Origin: Escherichia coli
GTDB lineage: Bacteria > Pseudomonadota > Gammaproteobacteria > Enterobacterales > Enterobacteriaceae
DNA length: 64,000 nucleotides
Reading direction: 5' to 3' (one strand)
NCBI RefSeq assembly: GCF_003018235.1
Contig: NZ_CP027437.1
In this document: piece by piece, positions 26,686 through 38,475 of the stretch
How positions within the stretch are numbered: position 1 is the stretch's first letter
How the letters are laid out: every line of letters begins with the position of its first letter
The notes under the pieces: generated by a model
Database searches by the model: none
Told to the model about the DNA's origin: nothing
The model's input: the letters and a program-made list of their open reading frames with translations, nothing else
Translations under genes and position numbers: made by a program

Positions 26686-27155
26686 ATATATTCCTTCAAT
26701 CTCATTTATCGACTCCACATCCGTATATAACCGATTACTTTATTTAAGACACTGATAGTAGTAAATTCCTTTTTATCCTCTAAGAATGTCTTAATTGAAA
26801 ATATGCACTCTATTCTAAAAAATAGAGAGCCCCGTTAGATGAATACTTCCGCGCAAAATATATTCAACACAAATATAGACCTGAAGCGGTAAATTACCAG
26901 GCTGAAAATTCTTTTTATATTGTCAGGTATTTCTTAAATTATCTTAATCCTTTGACAAGGAAATAAGTCAGTTCCAGATTTACAACGCCATCATGGACGA
27001 AAAATGAAGCTTTCAATCTCAGCGACAGTACGCCTCACCTTCGCACGAGGTCGCTTCACGCGATAAATCTGAAACGAAACCTGACAGCGCGTCCCGCTTC
27101 TGACAAAATAGGCGCATCCCCTTCGACCTACGTAACAGATGGAATCCTCTCTCTG

Positions 27156-28022
27156 ATGGCAGCAAAGATTATTGACGGTAAAACGATTGCGCAGCAGGTG
27201 CGCTCTGAAGTTGCTCAAAAAGTTCAGGCGCGTATTGAAGCCGGACTGCGGGCACCAGGACTGGCCGTTGTGCTGGTGGGTAGTAACCCTGCATCGCAAA
27301 TTTATGTCGCAAGCAAACGCAAGGCTTGTGAAGAAGTCGGGTTCGTCTCCCGCTCTTACGACCTCCCGGAAACCACCAGCGAAGCGGAGCTGCTGGAGCT
27401 TATCGATACGCTGAATGCCGACAACACCATCGATGGCATTCTGGTTCAACTGCCGTTACCGGCGGGTATTGATAACGTCAAAGTGCTGGAACGTATACAC
27501 CCGGACAAAGACGTAGACGGTTTCCATCCTTATAACGTCGGTCGCCTGTGCCAGCGCGCGCCGCGTCTGCGTCCCTGCACCCCGCGCGGTATTGTCACGC
27601 TGCTTGAGCGTTACAACATTGATACCTTCGGCCTCAACGCCGTGGTGATTGGCGCATCGAATATCGTTGGCCGCCCGATGAGCATGGAACTGCTACTGGC
27701 AGGTTGCACCACCACCGTGACTCACCGTTTCACTAAAAATCTGCGTCACCACGTAGAAAATGCCGATCTATTGATCGTTGCCGTCGGTAAGCCAAGCTTT
27801 ATTCCCGGTGACTGGATCAAAGAAGGCGCAATTGTGATTGATGTCGGCATCAACCGTCTGGAAAATGGCAAAGTTGTGGGCGACGTCGTGTTTGAAGACG
27901 CGGCTAAACGCGCCTCATACATTACGCCTGTTCCCGGCGGCGTTGGCCCGATGACGGTTGCCACGCTGATTGAAAACACGCTACAGGCGTGCGTTGAATA
28001 TCATGATCCACAGGGTGAGTAA
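27156..28022 (+). CDS. folD: Bifunctional methylene-THF dehydrogenase/cyclohydrolase
   Basis: 288 aa, [42 protein letters not shown]. Confidence 0.97.
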   Translation: MAAKIIDGKTIAQQVRSEVAQKVQARIEAGLRAPGLAVVLVGSNPASQIYVASKRKACEEVGFVSRSYDLPETTSEAELLELIDTLNADNTIDGILVQLPLPAGIDNVKVLERIHPDKDVDGFHPYNVGRLCQRAPRLRPCTPRGIVTLLERYNIDTFGLNAVVIGASNIVGRPMSMELLLAGCTTTVTHRFTKNLRHHVENADLLIVAVGKPSFIPGDWIKEGAIVIDVGINRLENGKVVGDVVFEDAAKRASYITPVPGGVGPMTVATLIENTLQACVEYHDPQGE

Positions 28023-28023
28023 C

Positions 28024-28236
28024 ATGGCGACATTTTCTTTAGGTAAACATCCGCACGTTGAGCTGTGCGACTTGCTGAAACTGGAAGGCTGGAGCGAAAG
28101 CGGCGCGCAGGCGAAAATCGCGATTGCCGAAGGCCAGGTGAAAGTCGACGGTGCGGTTGAAACGCGCAAACGCTGCAAAATCGTTGCCGGGCAGACAGTG
28201 AGTTTTGCAGGTCACAGCGTACAGGTTGTTGCCTGA
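28024..28236 (+). CDS. ybcJ: S4-like RNA-binding protein YbcJ
   Basis: 70 aa, MATFSLGKHPHVELCDLLKLEGWSESGAQAKIAIAEGQVKVDG. Confidence 0.9.
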   Translation: MATFSLGKHPHVELCDLLKLEGWSESGAQAKIAIAEGQVKVDGAVETRKRCKIVAGQTVSFAGHSVQVVA

Positions 28237-28343
28237 TCCCTTTCCCGGCCTGTAACAACAGGCCGGTTCTCTTTTCAGACTTTTGCCCTCTACGCCCCGT
28301 TCATCCATGCTGATAGCATCGACATTTTGCCGAAGTGACCATC

Positions 28344-28865
28344 ATGCCAACCGTTATTACGCACGCCGCCGTTCCCCTTTGCATTGGTTTAGGGTTGGGT
28401 TCGAAAGTCATCCCTCCGCGCCTGTTATTTGCCGGAATCATCCTGGCGATGCTGCCCGATGCCGACGTCTTGTCGTTTAAATTTGGCGTTGCTTACGGCA
28501 ATGTTTTTGGTCATCGCGGGTTTACCCATTCGCTGGTGTTTGCGTTTGTTGTCCCGCTGTTATGTGTGCTGATTGGGCGTCGATGGTTCAGGGCTGGGCT
28601 GATTCGCTGCTGGCTGTTTTTAACCGTCTCGTTGCTATCGCACAGCTTGCTGGATTCGGTAACCACTGGCGGTAAAGGGGTTGGCTGGCTGTGGCCGTGG
28701 TCAGATGAACGCTTTTTCGCTCCCTGGCAGGTGATTAAAGTCGCGCCGTTTGCATTGTCTCGTTACACCACGCCGTACGGGCATCAGGTGATTATTTCTG
28801 AATTGATGTGGGTGTGGTTGCCGGGGATGCTACTGATGGGAATGTTGTGGTGGCGCAGACGATAA
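28344..28865 (+). CDS. ybcI: Inner-membrane metal-dependent hydrolase family protein YbcI
   Basis: 173 aa, MPTVITHAAVPLCIGLGLGSKVIPPRLLFAG. Confidence 0.9.
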   Translation: MPTVITHAAVPLCIGLGLGSKVIPPRLLFAGIILAMLPDADVLSFKFGVAYGNVFGHRGFTHSLVFAFVVPLLCVLIGRRWFRAGLIRCWLFLTVSLLSHSLLDSVTTGGKGVGWLWPWSDERFFAPWQVIKVAPFALSRYTTPYGHQVIISELMWVWLPGMLLMGMLWWRRR

Positions 28866-28890
28866 CCGGATGCGAAAACTCGCATCCGGT
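28865..28890. terminator. Hairpin between convergent ybcI and cysS
   Basis: ACCGGATGCG-aaaact-CGCATCCGGT, a 10-bp stem with no strong U-tract. Confidence 0.45.
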
Positions 28891-28900
28891 AATAGCGCAA

Positions 28901-30286
28901 TTACTTACGACGCCAGGTGGTCCCTTGCGGGCCATCTTCCAGCACGATCCCCATCTCGTTAAGACGGTCACGCGCCGCATCTGCCGCCGCCCAGTCTTTC
29001 GCTTTACGGGCATCCAGACGCTGTTGAATTAACGCTTCAATCTCAGCCACTTCACTGTCGTCTGCCTGCGCACCGCTTTGCAGGAACGCTTCCGGTTCTT
29101 GCTCCAGCAGGCCCAATACAGCGGAAAGTTTACGCAGATGAGACGCCATTGCATTCGCCGCTGCCATATCTTCTGCTTTCAGACGGTTCACTTCACGGGC
29201 CATATCAAACAGCACGGAATAGGCTTCCGGGGTGTTGAAATCGTCATCCATCGCTTCAATAAAGCGCGCTTCAAACGCTTCGCCACCGGCAGGCGCAACG
29301 GTTTTATCTGTGCCGCGCAGCGCAGTGTAGAGGCGCTCCAGCGCCGCACGCGCCTGCTTCAGGTTCTCTTCGCTGTAGTTCAACTGGCTGCGATAGTGGC
29401 CCGACATCAGGAAGTAACGCACGGTTTCAGCATCGTAGTATTTCAGCACATCGCGCACGGTAAAGAAGTTACCCAGCGATTTGGACATCTTCTCGCGGTC
29501 AACCATTACCATCCCGGAGTGCATCCAGTAGTTCACATACTGACCATCATGTGCACAGGTGGACTGCGCGATTTCGTTTTCGTGGTGTGGGAACATCAGG
29601 TCTGAACCACCGCCGTGGATATCAAAGTGGTTACCCAACTGCTTGCAGTTCATTGCCGAACATTCAATGTGCCAGCCTGGACGGCCCGCGCCCCACGGAG
29701 ACGGCCAGCTCGGTTCGCCCTCTTTCGACATCTTCCACAGAACGAAGTCCATCGGGTTGCGTTTGTCGTCGACCACGTCAACGCGCGCGCCTGCCTGCAG
29801 CTGGTCGAGATCCTGACGCGACAGCACGCCATAAGTCGGATCGGTCGGGACGTCGAACATCACGTCGCCGTTGTCCGCCACATAAGCGTGACCTTTGGCG
29901 ATCAGTTGTTCAGTGAGTTCAATAATTTCTGCGATATGGTGCGTCGCGCGCGGCTCCATATCCGGGCGCAGAATGTTCAACGCATCAAAATCTTTGTGCA
30001 TTTCGGCGATCATGCGATCCACCAGCGCCACAAAGCTTTCGCCATTTTCATTGGCGCGTTTGATGATTTTGTCGTCGATATCGGTAATGTTGCGCACATA
30101 CTTCAGCTTATAGCCGAGGAAACGCAGATAGCGCGCAACCACGTCAAAGGCAACAAAGGTACGCCCGTGACCGATATGACAGAGATCGTAAACGGTGATT
30201 CCACACACGTACATGCCGACTTCCCCGGCGTGAATAGGCTTAAATTCCTCTTTTTGGCGTGTCAGAGTATTGAAGATTTTTAGCAT
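28901..30286 (-). CDS. cysS: Cysteinyl-tRNA synthetase
   Basis: 461 aa, with HIGH (CHIGHGRT) and KMSKS motifs. Confidence 0.97.
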
Positions 30287-30459
30287 CGAAGATTCCGTTT
30301 AGACATGTGTGGGTAATTGAGTTGCGTATAATACCCATATTTCCCGCGCGAATCAGCATACATTGCGTGATGATCCGATCGTGCGGTTATGCTATAACAC
30401 CACCCTATATATGACCCGAACCGGGTTGAAGCACCAATCAAACGGAACAGGATGCAAAA

Positions 30460-30954
30460 ATGGTTACTTTCCACACCAATCACGGCGATATTGTCATCAA
30501 AACTTTTGACGATAAAGCACCTGAAACAGTTAAAAACTTCCTGGACTACTGCCGCGAAGGTTTTTACAACAACACCATTTTCCACCGTGTTATCAACGGC
30601 TTTATGATTCAGGGCGGCGGTTTTGAACCGGGCATGAAGCAAAAAGCCACCAAAGAACCGATCAAAAACGAAGCCAACAACGGTCTGAAAAATACCCGTG
30701 GTACGCTGGCAATGGCCCGTACTCAGGCACCGCACTCTGCAACTGCACAGTTCTTCATCAACGTGGTTGATAACGACTTCCTGAACTTCTCTGGCGAAAG
30801 CCTGCAAGGTTGGGGCTACTGCGTGTTTGCTGAAGTGGTTGAAGGCATGGACGTGGTAGACAAAATCAAAGGTGTGGCAACCGGTCGTAGCGGTATGCAC
30901 CAGGACGTGCCAAAAGAAGACGTTATCATTGAAAGCGTGACCGTTAGCGAGTAA
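30460..30954 (+). CDS. ppiB: Peptidyl-prolyl isomerase B (cyclophilin)
   Basis: 164 aa, [44 protein letters not shown]. Confidence 0.97.
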   Translation: MVTFHTNHGDIVIKTFDDKAPETVKNFLDYCREGFYNNTIFHRVINGFMIQGGGFEPGMKQKATKEPIKNEANNGLKNTRGTLAMARTQAPHSATAQFFINVVDNDFLNFSGESLQGWGYCVFAEVVEGMDVVDKIKGVATGRSGMHQDVPKEDVIIESVTVSE

Positions 30955-30956
30955 TC

Positions 30957-31679
30957 GTGGCGACACTCTTTATTGCAGATCTTCATCTCTGCGCGGAAGA
31001 ACCGGCGATCACCGCCGGTTTTCTGCGTTTTTTAGCGGGGGAAGCCCGCAAGGCCGACGCGCTGTATATTCTTGGCGATCTGTTTGAAGCATGGATTGGC
31101 GACGACGATCCCAACCCACTCCATCGCCAGATGGCGGCAGCGATCAAAGCGGTGTCCGATTCCGGCGTTCCCTGTTATTTCATTCATGGCAACCGTGATT
31201 TTCTGCTCGGCAAACGCTTTGCCCGTGAAAGCGGCATGACGTTATTGCCGGAAGAAAAGGTGCTCGAACTGTATGGTCGTCGGGTGTTGATTATGCATGG
31301 CGACACGCTGTGCACCGATGACGCGGGTTATCAGGCTTTTCGCGCCAAAGTCCACAAGCCGTGGCTGCAGACGCTATTCCTCGCCCTGCCGTTGTTTGTG
31401 CGCAAACGCATTGCCGCGCGAATGCGAGCGAACAGCAAAGAAGCCAACAGCAGTAAATCGCTGGCGATCATGGACGTTAACCAAAACGCGGTGGTCAGTG
31501 CGATGGAAAAACATCAGGTGCAATGGCTGATTCACGGGCATACCCATCGCCCGGCAGTACATGAACTTATCGCCAATCAGCAACCTGCTTTCCGCGTCGT
31601 GCTGGGTGCCTGGCATACGGAAGGTTCAATGGTGAAAGTCACGGCGGATGACGTTGAGCTAATTCATTTCCCGTTTTAA
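30957..31679 (+). CDS. lpxH: UDP-2,3-diacylglucosamine hydrolase
   Basis: 240 aa, GTG start. [11 protein letters not shown]...[11 protein letters not shown] is the calcineurin-like metallophosphatase motif. Confidence 0.95.
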   Translation: MATLFIADLHLCAEEPAITAGFLRFLAGEARKADALYILGDLFEAWIGDDDPNPLHRQMAAAIKAVSDSGVPCYFIHGNRDFLLGKRFARESGMTLLPEEKVLELYGRRVLIMHGDTLCTDDAGYQAFRAKVHKPWLQTLFLALPLFVRKRIAARMRANSKEANSSKSLAIMDVNQNAVVSAMEKHQVQWLIHGHTHRPAVHELIANQQPAFRVVLGAWHTEGSMVKVTADDVELIHFPF

Positions 31680-31709
31680 AAAACCCGCAACTTTGCTGAT
31701 TTCACAGCC

Positions 31710-31725
31710 ACGCAACCGTTTTCCT
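31710..31725. promoter_or_regulatory. PurR operator of purEK
   Basis: ACGCAACCGTTTTCCT matches the PurR box consensus ACGCAAACGTTTTCNT. It lies about 70 nt upstream of purE. Confidence 0.6.
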
Positions 31726-31796
31726 TGCTCTCTTTCCGTGCTATTCTCTGTGCCCTCTAAAGCCGAGAGTTGTGCACCACAGGAGTTTTAAGACGC

Positions 31797-32306
31797 ATGT
31801 CTTCCCGCAATAATCCGGCGCGTGTCGCCATCGTGATGGGGTCCAAAAGCGACTGGGCTACCATGCAGTTCGCCGCCGAAATCTTCGAAATCCTGAATGT
31901 CCCACACCACGTTGAAGTGGTTTCTGCTCACCGCACCCCCGATAAACTGTTCAGCTTCGCCGAAAGTGCCGAAGAGAACGGTTATCAGGTGATTATTGCG
32001 GGCGCAGGCGGCGCAGCGCACCTGCCTGGCATGATTGCCGCCAAAACGCTGGTGCCAGTGCTGGGCGTGCCAGTACAGAGCGCCGCACTGAGCGGTGTCG
32101 ATAGTCTCTACTCCATCGTACAAATGCCGCGCGGCATTCCGGTGGGTACACTGGCGATTGGTAAAGCTGGCGCGGCAAACGCGGCATTACTGGCAGCACA
32201 AATTCTCGCGACTCACGATAAAGAGCTACACCAGCGTCTGAATGACTGGCGCAAAGCCCAGACTGACGAAGTGCTGGAAAACCCGGACCCGCGAGGTGCG
32301 GCATGA
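31797..32306 (+). CDS. purE: N5-CAIR mutase
   Basis: 169 aa, [38 protein letters not shown]. Confidence 0.95.
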   Translation: MSSRNNPARVAIVMGSKSDWATMQFAAEIFEILNVPHHVEVVSAHRTPDKLFSFAESAEENGYQVIIAGAGGAAHLPGMIAAKTLVPVLGVPVQSAALSGVDSLYSIVQMPRGIPVGTLAIGKAGAANAALLAAQILATHDKELHQRLNDWRKAQTDEVLENPDPRGAA

Positions 32307-33370
32307 AACAGGTTTGCGTCCTCGGTAACGGGCAGTTAGGCCGTATGCTGCGTCAGGCAGGCGAACCGTTAGGCATTGCTGTCTGGCCGGTCGGGCTGGA
32401 CGCTGAACCGGCGGCAGTGCCTTTTCAACAAAGCGTGATTACCGCTGAGATCGAACGCTGGCCGGAAACCGCATTAACCCGCGAGCTGGCGCGCCATCCG
32501 GCATTTGTGAACCGCGATGTGTTCCCGATTATTGCCGACCGTCTGACTCAGAAGCAGCTTTTCGACAAGCTTCACCTGCCGACCGCACCGTGGCAGTTAC
32601 TTGCCGATCGCAGCGAGTGGCCTGCGGTGTTTGATCGTTTAGGTGAGCTGGCGATTGTTAAGCGTCGCACTGGTGGCTATGACGGACGCGGTCAATGGCG
32701 TTTACGCGCCGATGAAACCGAACAGTTACCGGCTGAATGCTACGGCGAATGTATTGTCGAGCAGGGCATAAACTTCTCTGGCGAAGTGTCGCTGGTTGGC
32801 GCGCGCGGCTTTGATGGTAGCACCGTGTTTTATCCGCTGACGCATAACCTGCATCAGGACGGTATTTTGCGTACCAGCGTCGCTTTCCCGCAGGCCAATG
32901 CGCAGCAGCAAGCGCAAGCCGAAGAGATGCTGTCGGCGATTATGCAGGAGCTGGGCTATGTGGGCGTGATGGCGATGGAGTGTTTTGTCACCCCGCAAGG
33001 TCTGCTGATCAACGAACTGGCTCCGCGTGTGCATAACAGTGGTCACTGGACGCAAAACGGTGCCAGCATCAGCCAGTTTGAGCTGCATCTGCGGGCGATT
33101 ACCGATCTGCCGTTACCGCAACCGGTAGTGAATAGTCCGTCGGTGATGATCAACCTGATTGGTAGCGATGTGAATTATGACTGGCTGAAACTGCCGCTGG
33201 TACATCTGCACTGGTACGACAAAGAAGTCCGTCCGGGGCGTAAAGTGGGGCATCTGAATTTAACCGACAGCGACACATCGCGTCTGACCGCGACGCTGGA
33301 AGCCTTAATCCCGCTGCTGCCGCCGGAGTATGCCAGCGGCGTGATGTGGGCGCAGAGTAAGTTCAATTAA
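32303..33370 (+). CDS. purK: N5-CAIR synthetase
   Basis: 355 aa, ATP-grasp family. ATGA overlap with purE. Confidence 0.95.
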   Translation: MKQVCVLGNGQLGRMLRQAGEPLGIAVWPVGLDAEPAAVPFQQSVITAEIERWPETALTRELARHPAFVNRDVFPIIADRLTQKQLFDKLHLPTAPWQLLADRSEWPAVFDRLGELAIVKRRTGGYDGRGQWRLRADETEQLPAECYGECIVEQGINFSGEVSLVGARGFDGSTVFYPLTHNLHQDGILRTSVAFPQANAQQQAQAEEMLSAIMQELGYVGVMAMECFVTPQGLLINELAPRVHNSGHWTQNGASISQFELHLRAITDLPLPQPVVNSPSVMINLIGSDVNYDWLKLPLVHLHWYDKEVRPGRKVGHLNLTDSDTSRLTATLEALIPLLPPEYASGVMWAQSKFN

Positions 33371-33388
33371 CCTGGTGCTCATATTCTT

Positions 33389-33497
33389 GCCGGATTCGGC
33401 GTGAACGCCTTATCCGGCTTACCACTCCGGTACCCATTGTAGACCTGATAAGACGCGTCAAGCGTCGCATCAGGCATGGTGCGCCGATTGCCGGATG
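33389..33497. repeat. BIME (two or three REP units)
   Basis: GCCGGATTCGGCGTGAACGCCTTATCCGGC (33389-418), inverted GTAGACCTGATAAGACGCGTCAAGCGTCGCATCAGGC (33439-75), and a partial unit. Confidence 0.7.
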
Positions 33498-33506
33498 CTC
33501 TCATCA

Positions 33507-34400
33507 CTACAGCGAAATACAGGTCCCCGCTTCGCCCGCCAGCGTCTCTTCAATCCGCGATAACGCCCCAATCCACGCAGGTTTGCCACGGCTTCTGACA
33601 TAGCCACTCACCGCCATTACCTTCGGCCCCATCGAACCATCGGCTTTGGCAAATGGCGCTAACTCATCCGGTGTGGCATGGCGAATGGCACGTTGCTGCG
33701 GGGTTCCCCAGTTTTCATATACCGCATCAGCATCGGTGAGGATCACCAGTCCATCGGCATTAATCTGCTCGGCGAGCAACGCAGCGGCGAGATCTTTATC
33801 AATCACCGCTTCACTCCCTGCCCCATCATCCGTCACAGGCACACCGCCGCCGCCGCTGCAAATCACCACATGCCCTTCTTTGAGCAACAACTCAATAGCT
33901 TCGCTGTCGAGAATTTTACGCGGTTGCGGAGACGCCACCACCCGGCGCAAGTATTTACCATCACGTTTCATCTGCCAGCCGTAAGCTGCTTCTAGTGCCT
34001 CTTGTTCTTCTGGCTGATAAACCGGACCAATAAACTTCTCTGGCTGCAAAAACGCCGGATCATCAGGCGAAACCTCAATGCGCGTCAGCACCGTCGTCAC
34101 GGGCGGCATCTGCGGCTGTGCGCTCAAGCTCTGCGCCAGCATATAGCCAATCATCCCCTAGCTTTCCGCCACCAGCACATCCAGCGGATACGGTTCTACC
34201 TCTTTCCACGCCAGATTCTGTAACGCCAGCAGCCCCACCTGCGGCCCGTTGCCGTGAACAATCGCCAGCCGATAAGAACGGGCCAGGCGCGCCAGCGCAG
34301 GTACAGCGCTGGCGATATTGCGATATTGATTTTCTGCCGTCAGCGCCTCACCGCGCTGAAGCAAGGCATTGCCCCCAAGAGCTACAACCAGTGTTTTCAT
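33507..34400 (-). pseudogene. ybcF: Carbamate kinase-like YbcF interrupted by an in-frame amber codon
   Basis: ORFs 34158..34400 and 33507..34154 are in the same frame and separated only by TAG (34158-60). The reading is ...[17 protein letters not shown]... where I recall ...ESQGMIGY... in K-12. Confidence 0.8.
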
Positions 34401-35212
34401 GGTTTTCCTTGTAATAATTGTTGACCAAGCCAGAACCCCAGCAGCGTATCTGCCCCTGACGTATGCCCCAGCGCCAGCAGCGAATCAATCGCAACAGCGG
34501 TACGTTTCGGGCAACTCAGAGCATGAACAAAGTGCAGGAGTGGCGAGGCGAAATATCCTTGCGCGGCATAACGTAAATAACTGACGCTCACCGCTGTGGT
34601 AACGAGTTGAAGATGGTCGGAACAGGCAAAAAACGGGCGACCGGAGCGCGCATCTAAAGCGCCATAATACCAGGCTGCCAGCAGCATTCCCGTCAGCGTG
34701 TCATCATGACTCGGCGTTAATCCCGGCCCTTTACCCAGCCAGTGCCGCCAGTCGGTCTTAACGCCATTGAGCGCGGCCTGAAAACAGTGACGAAACTGGC
34801 GTAATTCAGCAGGCAGCGGATCGCTTGTCGCCATCGCCAGTGGCCCGAAAAGCCCGGTTTCCTCCGCGCGTTGCATCCATGCAGCTGCAAGCGGTTGAGG
34901 ATGCGCAGGCGGCGTAATACGCAGCAAACAATAACGCTGTGGCTGTTTAACCGTGAAACGCCCGAGGCGAATCCCTTGTGCCACAACCTGCGGTCGTTCA
35001 TTGCCGCATAATCCACCACATAACGCATCGAATTGCGCGCGGCGAAGCACCCATCCTCCGGGGCCGAAACCACTACCCTGACGATGCAGCGTTAACAGTT
35101 CGCCGCTTTCCGTCATCAGGTTAATCGCCCGTCGCCACACTCCCGCTAACCGCCAGGACTGGCAATAATTCGGTGCGCTACGGCTGGCAAGCAGAGGATG
35201 GATGATCGTCAT
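34397..35212 (-). CDS. ylbF: YlbF (DUF2877) protein
   Basis: The 271-aa form [41 protein letters not shown]. Confidence 0.85.
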   Translation of the reverse strand: MTIIHPLLASRSAPNYCQSWRLAGVWRRAINLMTESGELLTLHRQGSGFGPGGWVLRRAQFDALCGGLCGNERPQVVAQGIRLGRFTVKQPQRYCLLRITPPAHPQPLAAAWMQRAEETGLFGPLAMATSDPLPAELRQFRHCFQAALNGVKTDWRHWLGKGPGLTPSHDDTLTGMLLAAWYYGALDARSGRPFFACSDHLQLVTTAVSVSYLRYAAQGYFASPLLHFVHALSCPKRTAVAIDSLLALGHTSGADTLLGFWLGQQLLQGKP

Positions 35213-35222
35213 TGCGCGATCC

Positions 35223-36482
35223 TCAACCAATCCCCATGCTTTCAGCCAGTGCTTCCAGCGCCTGTTCAAAGCACGCCAGCGGTGCCCGCACAGTGCCTGC
35301 GCCAATCTGCCCGATCCCCGCCTCTTTATGGGCGATACCGGTATTGATGAGTGGCGTAATGCCGGTTTCTACCACGCGACGAATGTCCAGTCCCAGGCAC
35401 GCGCCCTGAAAATCCCAGCTTGGGATCTGCAACTGCATATTGCGTTCAAGGAAGATTTCCGCCATCTCTTCAGATACAGCTCTGGCCGCTTCCATGCCAC
35501 CCGCACCGACAAAGCGCGTTACGCCAGGCGCTGCGATCATTGCCGCTCCGCCAATACCAAAGGTTTCGGTAATTGCGCTATCGCCCATATCCGGGTTCGC
35601 CTGCTCCTGCGAGAAGCCGGTGAAAAACAGACCTTGCGGAGTGTTTACAGGCGCAGTAAACCAGCGTTCACCCAGCCCGCTTACCCGAATCCCGAACATA
35701 TTGCCGTTGCGGGTCATAGCCGTAACGATGCTGCCTGCGCGGATCATCGCGCCAGCATCCATCGCCGCCTTGCAGTAGGCCATCGCGAGGTTGAGGAAGA
35801 ACTGATCGGTCACGTTGAGGAAATCCATCACTTCCGCAATGTGCTGTTTATCATGATCGAGGCGAGCAATTTGTGGGGCCAGCGCACGCATTAACAGTGC
35901 AGAGGAAGCAATGTTGCGTTGATGGAACTCATCGCCCATGGTAATGCCCTGCGCCATCATCGCCGTGAGATCGATACCGCGCTCCATGCGCCCCAGCGCC
36001 GCGCTTAATACTGGCATTAACACATCGCGCATCCAGCGATGGCGAGTCAGGACATCTTCGCCGTAAGCGCCAAAACGCATCACTTTGCCGATACCTTCGT
36101 TGAGGTTGCAGTACGCCCGGTTGCCGTCGGTCACGTTCTCGACCACCAGCATCGGCATACTGGCAGAAGTAATGCCGCCCATTGGCCCGACGGCATTCAC
36201 ATGGTGACAAGGAATGAAGTTCACTTCCCCCTGATCCAGCATTGCCAGCGCCTGCGCTTCATCTTTCGCCCAGCCTTCAAACAGACATGCGCCCACACAT
36301 GCCCCTTTCATGGGTCCGGTCATCTCCTGCCAGCGCATTGGCGGCCCGGCGTGAAGCAGTGTTTTGCCCTCGTTTAGTTCGCTGATAAGTGAAGAAGCCG
36401 GTTGCACATCCAGCCAGTGTGGACGAGCACGACGAATTTGTTCGATAACCGCAGCATTGGCTTGCGCCACTGATGTAAACAT
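35223..36482 (-). CDS. ylbE: YlbE (DUF1116) protein, intact 419-aa form
   Basis: A single uninterrupted ORF between fdrA and ylbF. Confidence 0.85.
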   Translation of the reverse strand: MFTSVAQANAAVIEQIRRARPHWLDVQPASSLISELNEGKTLLHAGPPMRWQEMTGPMKGACVGACLFEGWAKDEAQALAMLDQGEVNFIPCHHVNAVGPMGGITSASMPMLVVENVTDGNRAYCNLNEGIGKVMRFGAYGEDVLTRHRWMRDVLMPVLSAALGRMERGIDLTAMMAQGITMGDEFHQRNIASSALLMRALAPQIARLDHDKQHIAEVMDFLNVTDQFFLNLAMAYCKAAMDAGAMIRAGSIVTAMTRNGNMFGIRVSGLGERWFTAPVNTPQGLFFTGFSQEQANPDMGDSAITETFGIGGAAMIAAPGVTRFVGAGGMEAARAVSEEMAEIFLERNMQLQIPSWDFQGACLGLDIRRVVETGITPLINTGIAHKEAGIGQIGAGTVRAPLACFEQALEALAESMGIG

Positions 36483-36491
36483 GGGAACCCC

Positions 36492-38159
36492 TTATTGCAA
36501 ACGTTCTAATAAACGAGCCAGTTTTTTATTGCCGCCGGCGACTGGCGACCATTGGTAATGCACAACCGGTTTGCTGGCGCTTTGTAGCGCCAGCGCAAAG
36601 CTGCGTAATCCGATGTTAATCACGGCGACGTTTTCCAGTAATGACGGTGTGTGTTGCTGTGTGGCAGGCGAGAGCGGATGAATTAACGCTGCCGCCAGCA
36701 AGGTGGCTTCCGGCAGCGAACTCACGACCGCGATCCCCGCATCTTCCAGCGTGGCGATTTGTTGCGAGCGGCATTGCGGGTCACGTTCGGTGCCTGTCAC
36801 CGTGGCAATGGCATACAGTGGTTGATTGTCTGGACGCGCGGCACAGGCTTTTTGCCAGGCGCTCACCAGCGAGGCGGCAGGATCGGCAGTCGCACCGAAG
36901 CCAATCACGACATCAAGCAGCAACACGCGCACTTGCGGTTTAGCGCCGAGATCGGCAATTAACAGGTTGCGTAAGGTCGGGTCGATCATCGGATGGGGAC
37001 GCCCGACGGTGTAAAAATCATCGCCCAGGTCGAGGATCTGATGTCCGTCGGCGTCGAGCATCATGCCATGTTGATGGGTATCGTCGGCTTCCACGCCAAG
37101 GTGTCCGGCAAGTAATCCCGCCGCTTCAGCAGCCAGCGTACCGCCGGTATACAAACCGCAAATAAATCCGCTGCTGACAGGTGCTATTGCGTTACGTCGC
37201 GCCGTGACGCGTGAAAGCAGGCAAGCCAGGCGTGCGGCCTCATCAAGCGAGGAGGCAAACCAGACATTCTCGTCGCGGGCCACCGCCGGGGTATAACCTA
37301 AAAACAGCGCCACCGTCGGTTTGCCAGTTGCTTTCATGGCATTAACAATTTTCAGACGCACAGCTTCGGCAGGTGGTTTTGAAACAAATGCCAGCACTTC
37401 GCTTTTCTCGTCGGCGCTTAACATTTCCAGCGCCGTTAGCGCACTGATGCCGCCCACTTCAAGGCTGAGGTCGCGCCCGCCAAGACCAATCGCGTGGGTA
37501 ATTCCCTCACCTGCCAGCGCAATCTGTGAGCACAGCTCCTGAATCCCGGTACCGGAAGCGCCAATGACGCCAATGTTGCCTTCCGGCATCACGTTAGCAA
37601 AAGCCAGCGGCGTGCCGGCAATCATCGACGTACCGCAGTCCGGCCCCATCACCAGCAAGCCTTTTTCCCGCGCGCGGGTTTTAAGTTGGATTTCATCTTC
37701 CAGCGTGACGTTATCGGAGAACATCATCACGTTGAGGTTGCGATCCAGCGCCTGATTCGCCAGCTCCGCCGCATACTCGCCAGCCACTGAAATCAGCGCC
37801 AGACTGGCGTCGGGTAATTTCTGACAGGCACTGTCCCAGCGACGCACCTGCGTCAACGCCTGGCTGCTGCCTGACCCCTGCGCCAGTTGTTTTAGCGCCT
37901 CTTCAAGCTGCTGCATAATCGCCTGCGCGATCCCCGCATCCGCCGCTTCGCTACGAATTGCCACGCAAATATCGTTCGGCGTGGCGTTATTAAAATCGTC
38001 ATGCCAGAAACCTGTGGTATCTAATAACGCTTTATTGGCGGGCGTACCCATCATTACGGAAACATCATCAACATTTTCTGATTCGCTGAGTTTTCGTGAA
38101 ATAATCATTAAACTGACCGAATCCTGAAAACACCCTTTTTTAATAAAGGCGTGGATCAT
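36492..38159 (-). CDS. fdrA: FdrA (acyl-CoA synthetase/succinyl-CoA ligase alpha-like)
   Basis: 555 aa, MIHAFIKKGCFQDSVSLMIISRKLSESENVDDVSVMMGTPANK. Confidence 0.9.
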   Translation of the reverse strand: MIHAFIKKGCFQDSVSLMIISRKLSESENVDDVSVMMGTPANKALLDTTGFWHDDFNNATPNDICVAIRSEAADAGIAQAIMQQLEEALKQLAQGSGSSQALTQVRRWDSACQKLPDASLALISVAGEYAAELANQALDRNLNVMMFSDNVTLEDEIQLKTRAREKGLLVMGPDCGTSMIAGTPLAFANVMPEGNIGVIGASGTGIQELCSQIALAGEGITHAIGLGGRDLSLEVGGISALTALEMLSADEKSEVLAFVSKPPAEAVRLKIVNAMKATGKPTVALFLGYTPAVARDENVWFASSLDEAARLACLLSRVTARRNAIAPVSSGFICGLYTGGTLAAEAAGLLAGHLGVEADDTHQHGMMLDADGHQILDLGDDFYTVGRPHPMIDPTLRNLLIADLGAKPQVRVLLLDVVIGFGATADPAASLVSAWQKACAARPDNQPLYAIATVTGTERDPQCRSQQIATLEDAGIAVVSSLPEATLLAAALIHPLSPATQQHTPSLLENVAVINIGLRSFALALQSASKPVVHYQWSPVAGGNKKLARLLERLQ

Positions 38160-38475
38160 AACAACTCCTTAAAAATTGCACCCATGGCAATTGCACGAGC
38201 AGTGTTAATGTGGCGATTACGGTATCGATGACAACGAGTAAATAAGGTGATGAATATCACACAGGGATTATTAACAAAAGAATTCAAATAACCGCCAGGC
38301 TATTACGTGTTATTTTTTAATAAGCGTGGTTGTTTTAAAAACCAGGTTAAAAGCGAGCGGATTATCAAATAAATTCTAACTATATTTTTTTGCCTGTCTG
38401 GATCACATAATCCAGATATTTTCCCTGTATGTTAATTGCAGTCATGCTTCACACCGTCGTTAAAAAGGAAGACAG

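Noticed and set aside
26991-27449. A 152-aa minus-strand ORF spanning the folD upstream region and 5' end.
   Set aside because: It overlaps folD in antisense and lacks any recognisable motif. It is probably spurious.
29078-30283. Long plus-strand ORFs (175, 222, 121 aa and others) inside cysS. Similar antisense ORFs occur inside allB (44787..45554), ppiB (30280..30966), gcl, fdrA, ylbE, glxK, ybbP and sfmD.
   Set aside because: They lie wholly antisense to, or out of frame within, well-recognised conserved genes. They have low-complexity, Arg/His-rich composition and no SD or start context, which is typical of shadow ORFs.
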